A DNA stretch of 64,000 nucleotides from Octopus vulgaris (GCA_951406725.2 OX597820.1:97402001-97466000), one strand, 5' to 3'. Positions 43,335 to 58,406 are shown, counted from the stretch's first letter. The notes: generated by a model from the letters alone, not told the origin. Program-made: numbers and translations.

Positions 43335-43727
43335 TTACTCTTTTACTCTTTTACTTGTTTCAGTCATTTGACTGCGGCCATGCTGGAGCTCCGCCTTTTA
43401 GTCGACCAAATCGACCCCGAGACTTATTCTTTGTAAGCCTAGTACTTATTCTGTCGGTCTCTTTTGCCGAACCGCTAAGTTACGGGGACGTAAACACACC
43501 AGCGTCGGTTGTCAAGCGATGTTGGGGTGACAAACACAGACACACAAACACGCACACACACACACATATATATATATATATACATATATACGATGGGCTT
43601 CTTTCAGTTTCCGTCTACCAAATCCACTCACAAGGCTTTGGTCGGCCCGAGGCTATAGTAGAAGACACTTACCCAAGGTGTCACGCAGTGGGAATGAACC
43701 CGGAACCATGTGGTTGGTAAGCAAGCT
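43335..43727 (-). mobile_element. SINE family A
   Basis: Matches the family A consensus. Confidence 0.9.
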
Positions 43728-43744
43728 ATATATATATATATATA

Positions 43745-44560
43745 CTAGCAAACGACCCTTGTTCATTGCACGGTGTAAATTCGTGATAGGAGTGGTGTCT
43801 AAAATGGTGCAATTCCGCTTCTGTCTATGCTTCTGTCTATAGAAGCAGCTTTGTGACCACGCCAGAGTTCTTCTTGTTGAGCAGTCTGTGATGCTCTGGC
43901 GACTGCAGCAGAAGCAGCATTGCGAACACGCCGGAATTTTGCTTGTTGAGCAGTCTGTGATGCTTTGGTGATCGAAGTAGAAGCAGCATTACGAATACTC
44001 CGAAGCACACATGTTCCTCTGTCTCGCTTTCCCGCAAGGAACGCAAAATGGAAACACTTTTTTTGTTTTTCTGCCAATGTGATTCTTGCTTTTTCGAGGC
44101 ATCCTATCGAAAATCTTTAATTGAATGAATCTTTAAAAAAATCAATTAAATTTAACTTCGTAGCTGTTTGCAAGCATTAAATATGCTATTTCAACACATT
44201 TCATTCCCACAACGCTAAAGCGCACAATTATTTGCAATGGTATTGTAAGCACCAAATGGCACGTGGATGCGGACAGTTCTGAATGAGCACATGTGGACAG
44301 AACGTATTTTAAGAAAATCGATATTCTATCGACCAAAAGTGCAACTGTGATAAAATGTAGACGATCGATGCAAGCACCAGTGCACTGACAGGTAGCAGAA
44401 GGTAAAGGATATTTCTAAGAAATATCACACTTAAGTGCGAAATTTGAATAAAAAGAATGTGCAATTCGAAACGGTTTCTAGGACTTTTCTGAAAATGAAA
44501 GACAGCCAAATCCGGACTTCCTTTGAGAAAAAAGAATATTAGCATCAAAATTACCTTATA
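43745..44560 (-). mobile_element. Non-autonomous Helitron
   Basis: Minus-strand 3' end CCGTGCAA...AAGGG-TCGTTTG-CTAG|T; N-terminal remnant MPRKSKNHIGRKTKK from ~44102 with RASQTAQQ...RNAAS repeats like Helitron RepHel N-termini. 5' boundary approximate. Confidence 0.7.
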
Positions 44561-44562
44561 TT

Positions 44563-46790
44563 AATCTGGAAGTAATGTAAACCCTCCAAGATCTTCAAAA
44601 TATATATCAGCCCATATCTCTCGTCTTCTTTCCAGGGAATAGAGACTCAGCTCCTTTAGCCTCTCCCAGTAGCCCATCTTTTGCATCGAGTCAATTTTCT
44701 TTGTGTATTGTCGCTGGATTGCTTCGAGTTCCACAGTTTGTTTTACTCTCTCTGGGGAGCATAGCTGGTAGCATCTAAGCGGGTGAGAAGGAAAGTCCTC
44801 CATATGAGTAGTAGGGCCTTCCTTTTCCTGATTCTGAATGTCTTCAAAATCCAGCCAGCCATTCGCCTGCACAGTGTTGCCATCCTGATAATATGCACAT
44901 GGAATGTTGCGTCATTGCTCATGTAAACCTCCAGGTCACGCACCGACTGTGACTCTGGGATCGTATTACCTTCTAGTCCAGACCGATAGTAGAGTGCCTG
45001 AAATTTCATAGCATAGAACTGCATGCTATTTTTGTTAGCCCATTTGTATATTTCATTCAGGTCTTTCTACAGTTTTATGATGTCCCCTGTGTTCCTAACT
45101 GCATGCGATACTTTTGTGTCGTTGTGTCGTCAGCATAACTGGTCAAATTGGCTGACTGTACCGCGGAGGGCATGTCTGAAAGGTCCACCACAACTAGTAA
45201 GTGGTCCAAGTACAGTTCCTTGTGGGACACCGCTGCGAATTGGTATCCCTTCTGAGTTAGCATCATTACTTACAACTGTCTGACACCTGAAGGGTAATGG
45301 ATATTTCTAAGAAATATCACACTTAAGTGCGAAATTTGTAGGGTGTCAGACAGTTGGCACCAATGGTGCTCACTCTCCCAGTTTCTCGGTACTGCCAAGG
45401 TTTCGCAGTTTGTGACATATGCCGTGATCATCCTTGTCGAAGTGCCTTGACAAAGTCGAGGTATATCACGTCTAGTGCTGCAGCAACTGTACGAAGCAGT
45501 TCCTCTCTGGACAGAAAACATGTTGCGTGTTTTTGAGAAGGTTGTTTTCTTCTAGGAACGTAATCAGCCTTTTTTCTGACAATGCGTTCCATTGTCTGCT
45601 AACATGTGAGGGTAGAGAGATGGGACTGTAGTTTTTAGCATCTACTTTGCTCCTTCCCTTATGGACAGGGCATACTATACCCTCATTTAGCATTGTCTGT
45701 TCTATCATGTTATGGTCTGAGAATATTGTCGGTGATATATTTACGTTGTGGATAATTTCCACATTGCTCGTAAAACAGAGGCCCAGGATATTTTTGTGCC
45801 TGGTTGGAGAGAGTATGATCTATTCCATGAATTGCATTTTCGTAAGATCAAGTAGAGCTCCTGCTTGATTTCGCTCTACTACACCCACTCACATATCATT
45901 GAATCATTCCTGGGGTTATATTGCCCTCAGGCCACCTGATGTTGGGGAAGTTGAAGTCACCCTTCAGGAATATAGTATTACGTTGATCAAATTGTGTTAG
46001 TATTGGGTTGTTCGGAAAGTTCGTGCCGATTTTTAAAGGAAAAAAAGGTCAATAAATACTTGCCATTACATGTTTAATCAACCAAATATGAACCATTCTG
46101 CATCTTCGTCTTTCCTTTAACTTGAAAATTCCCTCTTCTCAGAATTGAGGGGTTTCATGGCAAAGAATTCATCAAGGTATCTTTTTACGTCATACAAGGA
46201 ATTGAAATTTTTACGGTTAAGACTATTCTGCAGAGACTTGAACAAGTGGAAATCCGAAGGAGCAATATCTGGTGAATATGGAGGGTAGAGTAACACATCC
46301 CAGCCGAGCTGCAGCAATTTTTGTCTAGTTCCCAAAGCATCAAGTGCCGAAAATAAACTTTCTTATCTTCCATTTTAAAGGGTTACAGAATTAACACAGG
46401 TTATAGGAGCATAAACCTTCTTCCACGAAAGGATAGCTTACACTGTGCTCTAAATGGAGGTGTAGTCAAATCCTATTTTATGGACTCAACCATGTTCTAA
46501 AATAAGTCGGAAAGTAAGCTACAATAAATCGGCACGAACTTTCCGGACAACCCAATGCTTTGTCTCTAGCCATGACAACCATTGCACTATTTCCTGTGCC
46601 ACACTTGGAAAATGTTATTGATCAACTGCTGCATCTAGTACTTCATCTGCATATGACTTCTGTCTGGCCGTTTTTTTCTGCAGGTTTGTGTTGGGAATAG
46701 AGATTGTTTCTGAGGTGTGGTTGTTTCTTTCGTTGGGTGAGTGATGGATTTTGCGCCGGCGCTTCGTGCGCAAAACGGCAGTTTGTCCCA
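44563..46790 (-). mobile_element. Degraded CR1-group LINE, interrupted by a mariner
   Basis: NYSPISLPSHVS, VPQGTVLGP, SYADDT, VRDLEV and YWERLKELSLYSLERRRE; endonuclease remnants GDFNFP near 45950. Confidence 0.85.
46003..46555 (-). mobile_element. Internally deleted mariner (second subfamily)
   Basis: TIRs TTGGGTTGTTCGGAAAGTTCGTGCCGATTT / AAATCGGCACGAACTTTCCGGACAACCCAA; peptide PPYSPDIAPSDFHLFKSL. Confidence 0.92.
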
Positions 46791-46815
46791 CTCTCTCCAT
46801 TTCAGCAGACACACA

Positions 46816-46895
<80 letters not shown>

Positions 46896-46929
46896 AAGCA
46901 GTTACATATATATATAATATACATAAAGC

Positions 46930-47069
46930 AAATTAATTGTTATCGCCATATTAATATGGCATTGTTATAGATATAAGAATAATCGCTGCCGCTGGTCAGC
47001 TCCATGAGGCCACCGATTATTCTTATATCTATAAGAATGCCATATTAATATGGCGATAACAATTAATTT
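46930..47069. repeat. Inverted repeat, 56-bp arms, 28-nt spacer
   Basis: 46930-46985 is the reverse complement of 47014-47069 with one mismatch. Confidence 0.9.
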
Positions 47070-47121
47070 CCAGTAAACGCTGCCGTAATCTCTTTTATAG
47101 AGACTTAGTAATTTTAATATT

Positions 47122-47211
<90 letters not shown>

Positions 47212-47310
47212 TTATATATCCTCTGCGCTATATGTGAGTTCATATTCCGCCGATGTATATATATATATATCGGGGTCGATATATAAAGTATATTACGTAT
47301 ATATATAATC

Positions 47311-47419
<109 letters not shown>

Positions 47420-47541
47420 CGGCAGCTTATATATGTGTGTGTGATATATATATCTCTTATTGATAATATATATTTCATCCTTTCGGGGTCGATAATAAAG
47501 CATAAATATCCATAAACCGGCCTTCCCCATTTTTAATATAT

Positions 47542-47573
<32 letters not shown>

Positions 47574-48108
47574 GAAATATATATTTATATATATATATAA
47601 ATAATAAGGTGTATATATATATATATATATAGGCGCAGGAGTGGATGTGTGTGTATAGTAGCTTATCTACCAGATACATTATCTCGGGTAAATAGTCCAC
47701 TGCGTGGCACCTTCCCCATTCTTCTACTATAGCCTCGGGCACACACCAAAGCCTTGTGAGTGGATTTGGTAGATGGAAACTGAAAGGTGTATATATATAT
47801 ATATAGCCCGTTCGTATATACTATAGCCTCGGGCCAACCAAAGCCTTGTGAGTGGATTTGGTAGATGGAAACTAAAGAAGCCCGTCGTATATATATGCGT
47901 GTGTGTGTTTGTGTATCTGTGTTTGTCACCTTAGCATTGCTTGACAACCGATGCTGGTGTGTTTATGTCCCCCGTTACCTAGCGGTTCGGCAAAAGAGAC
48001 CGATAGAATAAGTACAGGGCTTACAAAAGAATAAGTCCCGGGGTCGAGCTGCTCGATTAAAGGCGGTGCTCCAGCATGGCCGCAGTCAAATGACTGAAAC
48101 AAGTAAAA

Positions 48109-48149
<41 letters not shown>

Positions 48150-48485
48150 CACACACAAAGCATATCTTGATACATTGACATAAATACTGACACATAGAAA
48201 CACACAATCACACACGCACATAGATGTACACACAAACGCATATGCACACACCGCCACGCATACACACACACACACGTACGTTGACTGAAATTCTACACGT
48301 GACAGACGCTAAATGAAGCTATAAACAAATCCTGTCAGTCAACGCCAGCCCAGATCAGCCTGCCAATCACTTAACACGTCTTTATCTAATTGGCTGCTTT
48401 TTCTCCAAACTCCGCCTCGAAAACCTTACGTCATTACCTCATAGTTTTTTTGTTTTTGTTTTCACTACATACATACATACATACA

Positions 48486-48521
<36 letters not shown>

Positions 48522-48867
48522 CACACACACACACACATGTAATTATATATCTATATATACCCAGACCTTTGCACGCTTATTTGGCTCTATATAATGTCTG
48601 TCTTCCATTGATATTTATATATTTATTTATTTATTTATTATTAATTGTGCCAGGCAGTCAGTCAGTCAGTCAGACAGACTCCTGATTGAAAAAAAAAATA
48701 ATAAAAAAAGTAAAAAAAAAAAAGCATAGAGAAACAACAACAAGAGCTGCAAAAAAACTTTCATGAGACAGAAGCAAAAAAAGATAATCCAACAAAACCA
48801 GAAAAAAACAAAACAAAACAAGGTTTGTTTTACATTAATATATATTTATATTTTGTTATATATGAAT

Positions 48868-48904
<37 letters not shown>

Positions 48905-49121
48905 TGTGCGTGCGTTTACATACACACACACACACACACATATAGTGCACATTATGTTACATATATGTACTTCAAAATGTGTATGCGTGTGTTCATGTGT
49001 GCTTTTTATGTGTTCGTGTGTGTGTGTGTGTGTGCACTTGTCTTGATCTTGGAGCATAAATATAGCGTGCATATATATATACGTATATACATACATACAT
49101 ATATATATATGTGTGTGTGTG

Positions 49122-49228
<107 letters not shown>

Positions 49229-49347
49229 TGTATATATATATGTACATATATATATATATATGTTTATATATATATATATATATGTGTGTGTGTCTATATA
49301 TATATTTGTATATATATATGTATATATATGTATATGTGCATATATAT

Positions 49348-49394
<47 letters not shown>

Positions 49395-49789
49395 TATGGG
49401 TTGTGTTTTTTACACACCACCTGTTTTGTTTTGATGTATATACATCCAGTATGTTTCATGCTTCTTAAAGTGAACGAAAATAATGCGTGCGCGCGTGCAC
49501 ACACACACACACGCGCACACACACATACACACACGCACACACACAGAGAATAAAAATCATGCGCACAATCATAACCTGATACGAACAGACAGGCATATAT
49601 ACATACATATATACATACATACATACACACACACACATGCCTGTTGTATATATGAAGACTCTTAAAGCCAGCCCTCCTCGTTCGCTCGGCAGAAATCCCC
49701 GCCTCTCAAGTGCGCGAGTGATTCTGTGTGTGTCACAGATTTCATCTCGTCTCCACCACAACCACCACCACCTGCACCACTGTGTTTTG

Positions 49790-50100
49790 TTGTTGTTGTT
49801 GTTGTTGTTCTTCTTCTTCTTCTTCTTCTTCTTCTTCTCTTTCTTCTTCATCATCTTCTTCTTCTTCTTCTTCTTCTTCTTCTTCTTCTTCTTCTTCTTC
49901 TTCTTCTCTTCTTCTTCTTCTTCTTCTTCTCTCCTCCTCATCCTCCTCCTTCTTCTTCTTCTTCTTCTTCTTCTTCTTCTCCTCCTCCTCCTCTTCCTCC
50001 TCCTCATCCTTCTTCTTCTTCTTCTTCTTCTTCTCCTCCTCAACCTTCTTCTTCTTCTTCTTCTTCTTCTTCTCTTTCTTCTTCTTCCACTTCTTCCTCT
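49790..50100. repeat. (GTT)n/(CTT)n/(CCT)n compound trinucleotide tract
   Basis: Direct reading. Confidence 0.95.
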
Positions 50101-50144
50101 TCTATTTACACATGGCAGTTTAATCTGCAGAAAACATACAGAAA

Positions 50145-50198
<54 letters not shown>

Positions 50199-50292
50199 CG
50201 CACACACGCCATTGTGCACAAGCACATATGCATGCTTATGCACGTGCACGCACCTTTGCCGATATGCACCAACATACATACAGGCATACATG

Positions 50293-50344
<52 letters not shown>

Positions 50345-50703
50345 CACACACACGCACACACACACACACACGGAATCTTTACAATTTGTGGTTAAAGAAA
50401 ATATTTTCTAGAGACTTTCCACGGGAATTATCAACGGAGAGTCTACAAGACTTTCAGTAATCTCCTTCGTCATTATAATCATCAACGTTGCCATGCATGC
50501 ATGCATGCATGTATGTATGTGTATATGTATGCATGTAAGTGTGTATGTATGTATATATGTACGTATGTATGTAAGTGTGTATGTGTGTATGCACACACTT
50601 GGGATGTGTGTGTATACATACATACACACACACATATATATATATGTGTGTGTGTACATATATACATATACATATATATGTGTGTATATATGTATGTATA
50701 TAC

Positions 50704-50736
<33 letters not shown>

Positions 50737-50895
50737 GGGCAATAAGAATATGGAGGGGATCAATAGGTGGTTCATCAACATTTAGACATTATATTATGTC
50801 AATTTTTTTTTATTTATTTACTAAAATGACAATTACAAGAATATACATACATGTATAACATATTATGCTTTACATATAAAATATATAAAGATACC

Positions 50896-50997
<102 letters not shown>

Positions 50998-51122
50998 TAA
51001 GGTATGTAGAAAAATACAACATGGACAAGAACGTATAACTCTTAGAAGACGACACAATAAACACGGACAGGACATTCGAAACCCTCAGTCTTCAGTCAAG
51101 AACCGGATCATCGTAGTAATTT

Positions 51123-51171
<49 letters not shown>

Positions 51172-51194
51172 ATATATATATATATATATATATA

Positions 51195-51615
51195 TTAATA
51201 AATTAATAAATAAATAAAACATATGCATATATACATACATATATGTACGTACCTACATCTACTTGTATATATACATGCATATATGGCTACAGGACATTAC
51301 AAAAAAAAAAAAAACGTCGAACACAATGAGAAACGAAAACATAAACACAAAACCAAGGAAACGGACATTTTTCTTAAACAAGGACATACCAAACAAGGAC
51401 AAATAACACAAGAAAAGTTCCCCTTCTTCAGGCGCCATGGTTTCAATGTCCAGTTCCTTGGTTTTGTGTTTATGTTTTCGTTTCTCATTGTATTCGACGT
51501 TTTTTTTTTGGTGTCTTGTACCCATATATGCATGTATATATATATATACATGTAGATGTAGGTACGTACATTTATGTATGTATATATGCATATGTTTTAT
51601 TTATTAATTTATTAT
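51195..51615. repeat. Inverted duplication of family P repeat (~170-bp arms)
   Basis: 51195-51370 is approximately the reverse complement of 51445-51615. Confidence 0.85.
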
Positions 51616-51655
51616 ATGACGGAACGCACGCATCCATTTCTAAGTAAGATTGTTC

Positions 51656-52150
<495 letters not shown>

Positions 52151-52389
52151 TATATATATAAAAGAGTGATGCAAGCAGGGAAAATATGACTTTTTAAAAT
52201 ATTTTACAAGACCTTTGAAACCTTATCTTCATAATCACTCACCCTCGTTCCCCCTACATGCACACATTTTTCATTCAATCTAATCAATGAATAAACTCAC
52301 ATGCATTGATTTGTGTCTGTCATTTGCTCAAATACGATTTTAGTCATATTGCCGGAAAGATTATTGAAGACTGATCACACACATACATA

Positions 52390-52824
52390 TATGTATGTAT
52401 GTATGAATGTATGTATGTATGTATGTATGTATGTATGTATGTACGTACGTATGTATGAATGTATGTATGTATGTATGTATGTATGTACGTACGTATGTAT
52501 GAATGTATGTATGTATGTATGTATGTATGTATGTATGTGTGTGTGTCTGTATGTATGTATGTATGTATGTATGCATGCATGTATGTATGTATGTATGTAT
52601 GTATGTATGTATGTATGTATGTACGTATGTATGTATGTATGTATGTGTGTATGTATGTATGTATGCATGCATGCATGTATGTATGTATGTATGTATGTAC
52701 GTACGTATGTATGAATGTATGTATGTATGTATGTATGTATGTATGTGTGTGTGTATGTATGTATGTATGTATGTATGTATGTATTATGTATGTATGTATG
52801 TATGTATGTACGTATGTATGAATG

Positions 52825-52853
<29 letters not shown>
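52390..52853. repeat. Imperfect (TATG)n tract
   Basis: Direct reading. Confidence 0.95.
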
Positions 52854-52855
<2 letters not shown>

Positions 52856-52990
52856 CTTATGACATAATTATAATCAGGGCAAATTTTAGCCATTTCTCCG
52901 CAGACTGAAAAATGACGAACAAACCTAATCGACTTTCGAACCTTATTGGGTTCCCATCAGAAGCATCTCCATCATTCCGACAGTATATTA

Positions 52991-53107
<117 letters not shown>

Positions 53108-53165
53108 TATATATACATACATATATATATATATGTATGTATATATATAAGTATATATATATATG

Positions 53166-53256
<91 letters not shown>

Positions 53257-53582
53257 GTATGTATAGACGTATGTATATATATATATGTATATACATATAT
53301 GTGTATATAATGTATGTATATATATATGCATATATATATGTATATATAAATGTATATTTGTATGTATATATATGCATATATATGTATTTTTATATAAATG
53401 CATATACATATGTATGTATATTTATGTATATATATATTTATATATGTATGTATATATATATATGTATATATATACATATATATATATGTATGCATATAGA
53501 TGTATGTATATATGTATATGTACATATGTATATGTTTGTATATATGTATATGTATGTATGTATATACATATACATACATACA

Positions 53583-53614
<32 letters not shown>

Positions 53615-53704
53615 GATATGTTTCAGATGGCCAGAATTCCACCTCGGCATCCGAAACTCAGAGTTTTACCTTGGCTATTGAATAATAGTCACATATTATT
53701 TTAC

Positions 53705-53871
<167 letters not shown>

Positions 53872-54103
53872 CATATATATATATATATATATAGTTTGTG
53901 TGTATTTGTGTGTATCGTTATGCATATGTTTGTTCCCCATAACTGCTTTGGCAAGCGATGCTAGTGTTTGCCTTCGCGTAACTTATTAGTTCAGCAAAAA
54001 GGATTCTATAGAATAATTACCAGACTTTAAAAAGAAAATAAAAAAAAAACTGTAAAAAGAAAAGAATGTTGTCCGATTTCAAATTCTTCAAGATGGCACA
54101 CCA

Positions 54104-54180
<77 letters not shown>

Positions 54181-54347
54181 ATGTATATATTTGCATATAT
54201 ATATATATATATATACATATATAAATATATCTGTCTGTACATTCATATATACAGATACACACAGATATACTTGCATATAACTATCTAGCTCTCACTTATT
54301 TTGTGTGTATGTGTCTAATTATATATATATATGTGTGTGTGTTTGTT

Positions 54348-54403
<56 letters not shown>

Positions 54404-54952
54404 GGCGTGGATGCATTCGACCAAAAATTGCCCATGGCGTTACACTAGCATGGTCGCAGTCTAATGACTGAAACAAGTAGAAGGTAAATTATATATACAT
54501 AAACATGCACGTTCAATCTTTCTCAACTTGTCTATTGACCAGTTGAGTACACCTATCAGTAACATGTCTAAGATCGAAATAGCTGCAAGTGAAATTTACT
54601 CTAATAAATAAAAGCGTGTAATGACCAGTATGTATAACTTGTCATATATATATATATATGTATGTAAAACTCAAATTAGCTCGTAAATGTAAAATAAGGC
54701 GGAAAAAATAATACTCGACTACCAAAGATAGAGTAATGTACAGTTTATTAAAACCGAGGAGAAAAATCGTGCCAAACTGTCCGGCGATCGGTATTATAAA
54801 ACTCTGAGTTAGATTTTGTGGAGATTTTCTCGGCCTTAATAAATAGTAACATATGAAATTTACCATTTATTAAAACCGAAGAAAAGAGAAATCGTCACAA
54901 ACTGTTAAGCACAGTTTCACATTACTAATTGTGAAGATATGTTTCTGCTTTA

Positions 54953-55020
<68 letters not shown>

Positions 55021-55506
55021 CATAAGTATGCACATAAATGGAAAATAAGATGGTAAATATAGTACCCAAATACCAAAGGTAGTTTAATTTGCTATTTATC
55101 AAATCCGAAAAAAAAGAATCGTCACAAACTGTTAAGTACAGTTTCACGTTACCAGTCGTAAAAAATTATTTCGGCTTTATTAAATAGTGGGTATGTATAT
55201 ATATATATATACATGTGTGTGTTTGAGTATAAAAATAAGAGTGCTTGTAGATATATTTTAGACCAGCAATTTCCCCGGGCCATGTCTGAATAGCACCACC
55301 TGATCATATTTTGGGACACTTTAACACATTTGGAGTCGCGGGGCTGTTATCTAAAACGAAATCTGGTATTGTATCAGTGATTTTTCGAGTATTTCTGGGA
55401 CGACGTTTGTCCAGGTGTGTCGTTTCAAACTTAAACTTATAAGCTGGTTTTTCTTCCTTGAGTTATTTCTATACACACATATATATAGTATACATACATA
55501 CATATA

Positions 55507-55557
<51 letters not shown>

Positions 55558-55577
55558 ATATATATGTGTGTATATAT

Positions 55578-55641
<64 letters not shown>

Positions 55642-55691
55642 GTACTTCTGTTTACGAACGCCTCTGGTCACGAAATCGTGCTTTATCTCTG

Positions 55692-55753
<62 letters not shown>

Positions 55754-55940
55754 GTAAAGCACGATTTATTCACAATCAGAGTTGTTCGAAAACCGAGGTA
55801 CTACTGTATATATATATATATATATGATAAAGACGCTATATATATTATATACAATAAAGATGGTATACATATATATGAGATATATTATTTAAATTATTAT
55901 TTGATTAAACGACACGCATGCATTTCCATGTAAGTTTATC

Positions 55941-55988
<48 letters not shown>

Positions 55989-56014
55989 ATATAGATGCCA
56001 CATTCATACATACA

Positions 56015-56074
<60 letters not shown>

Positions 56075-56269
56075 AATGTAAAAAAATACAAACTGGGACA
56101 AGAACGTGAAACATTTAGAAGACGATACAAAAAACACGGACGGGACATTCGAAGCCTTCAATCTTCAGTCAAGAACCGGATCATCTTCGCAATTTCGGCT
56201 GATTAATTATATATATATATAATCATTTTCAGCTCAAAGCTGTGGCTATGCACGGACTCTGCCGTTTTG

Positions 56270-56890
56270 CTACGCTCTTATTATTGAGAGCCTCTTCTGA
56301 TATGTGGCATTCGAGTTTGATGTTGCTACCCTCATATGCGCTGCCTTCCGCGAAGTACGTTCATCTGAGACACTCGACTGGAAAAGATCCAGTTTTGATT
56401 TCAAAACACCGACATCCACTTTGTGTAGATCTCTCAGGCTCTTTGGGAGAATATTAAAAAGCTGTGTGTTCCTGAAACTCAGGCTGTTGCAGTAACAGGT
56501 CCTGAAGCACGACGGCATTGCTGGGATCTTTGGAACTGTGTAGTGGCGAACCATTCTGAGATTTGCGTAGCTTTCAGTACCAAAATTTGGCACAATCCTT
56601 TACAGGATCTTCCAGATGTGTATTACTGCATATGTAGTATAGTTTTAGCTGTTTCAGCCTTTCCTAGTAGCTGAGCATTGCTATGAGACGATTTTCGGGA
56701 AGATTCACTGAATTGCCTCAAGGTCCGCTGTTAATTCAACACTGTGGGGTCAACATAGCTGGGAGTAGAAGTCCAGGAAGCTGAGGACGAATGTCCTCCA
56801 GAGGTCCATCACGTTGTCCTTCTCTCTGGCCCTGCATTCATCCAGCCAGCCGTCTGCACTTTGTCACCATCTTGGTAATGTGCACTTGGA
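56270..56890 (-). mobile_element. CR1-group LINE 3' fragment
   Basis: NSLSFRNTQLFNILPKSLRDL...LKSKLDLF C-terminal motif; related to 44563-45000. Confidence 0.75.
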
Positions 56891-56920
56891 ATATATATAT
56901 ATATATTATATGATATAGAC

Positions 56921-57102
56921 CAGTGGTTCCCAAACTTTTTAGAGTCGCGACCCACTATTTATCACACCAGTTTATGACGACCCACTTAACTCTACTTGAA
57001 CTATCTCGATAGACAGCAGTTAATCAAAGCTAATGCGTAATTTCATAACTTTTTGCGACCCACTAAGATTCCGTTCGCGGACTCATAGTTTGGGAACCAC
57101 TG
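56921..57102. mobile_element. hAT-Charlie-type MITE with 8-bp TSD
   Basis: TIRs CAGTGGTTCCCAAACT / AGTTTGGGAACCACTG; ATATAGAC on both sides. Confidence 0.95.
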
Positions 57103-57132
57103 ATATAGACGGTATATATATATATTATACGT

Positions 57133-57182
<50 letters not shown>

Positions 57183-57305
57183 AGATGGTGTATATATGTG
57201 GCATATATATATATATGCATGTATATATATAGATACATACGTATATATATGATATAGACGGTATGTATGTATATATGATATAGACGGTATGTATGTATGT
57301 ATGTA

Positions 57306-57530
57306 TGGCAGAAACGTTAGCACGCCGGGCGAAATGCTTAGCGGTATTTCGTCTGCGTTACGTTGTGAGTTCAAATTCCGCCGAGGTCGACTTTGCCTTT
57401 CATCCTTTCGGGGTCGATAAATTAAGTACCAGTTACGTACTGGGGTCGATGTAATCGACTTAATACCTATGTCTGTCCTTGTTTGTCCCCTCTGTGTTTA
57501 GCCCCTTGTGGGTAATAAAGAAATAGGTAT
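57306..57530 (+). mobile_element. SINE family B
   Basis: Matches the family B consensus. Confidence 0.9.
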
Positions 57531-57601
57531 GTATGTATGTACGCATGTATGTATGTATATATGTATGTACGTATGTATGTATGTATGTATCTATCTATCT
57601 A

Positions 57602-57677
<76 letters not shown>

Positions 57678-57938
57678 CTTATCTATCGGTCTATATATCA
57701 AAATACGCAACAAGGATACCCAGAGGTAATGCAGTACAATCGTACCCTAACCCTAACCCCATCTCTGGATATCCTTGTTGCTTATTTTGATTTCAACCAC
57801 CTTATTTTGAAATTGTATGGATAATACCGTATTAAATTCTGGTGCCTCAACTTAAGTACCATATTCATCTGAACCTAAATTTTATTTGTATATATATATA
57901 TATATATATAATGTACATATATATCTATGATATAGATG

Positions 57939-57981
<43 letters not shown>

Positions 57982-57983
<2 letters not shown>

Positions 57984-58186
57984 CTGTAAAATAATATGTG
58001 ACAATTATTCAATAGCAAAGATAAAACTCTGAGTTTCGGATGCCGAGGTGGAAATCCACAACACCATCTCTTCTGTTATCTGGCCAGATAACCGAAGAGA
58101 TGGTGTTGTGGATTTCAACCTCGGCATTCTGAAACTCAGAGTTTTATCTTTGCTATTGGATAATTGTCACATATAATTTTACAGAT
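57982..58186. repeat. Spacer-less palindrome (~102-bp arms), each arm a hammerhead-like motif
   Basis: Centre TGG|CCA at 58083/58084; arm reads AGATAA-C(C/A)GAAGA-GATG...CATC-c-GAAA-CTCAGAG-TT-TTATCT. Confidence 0.85.
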
Positions 58187-58257
58187 AAATTTCCTCTATT
58201 TACATAATATTGAGGTCTCTTTCTTTCTTTTGTTATCTTACCGTTTTTACCAATATG

Positions 58258-58300
<43 letters not shown>

Positions 58301-58339
58301 TGAAATGGTATATACATATATAAATATATAATATTGATG

Positions 58340-58406
<67 letters not shown>

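Noticed and set aside
49465-50460. Long Arg/Lys/Glu- or Leu/Ser-rich ORFs
   Set aside because: Pure trinucleotide tract flanked by dinucleotide repeats, with no unique peptide content.
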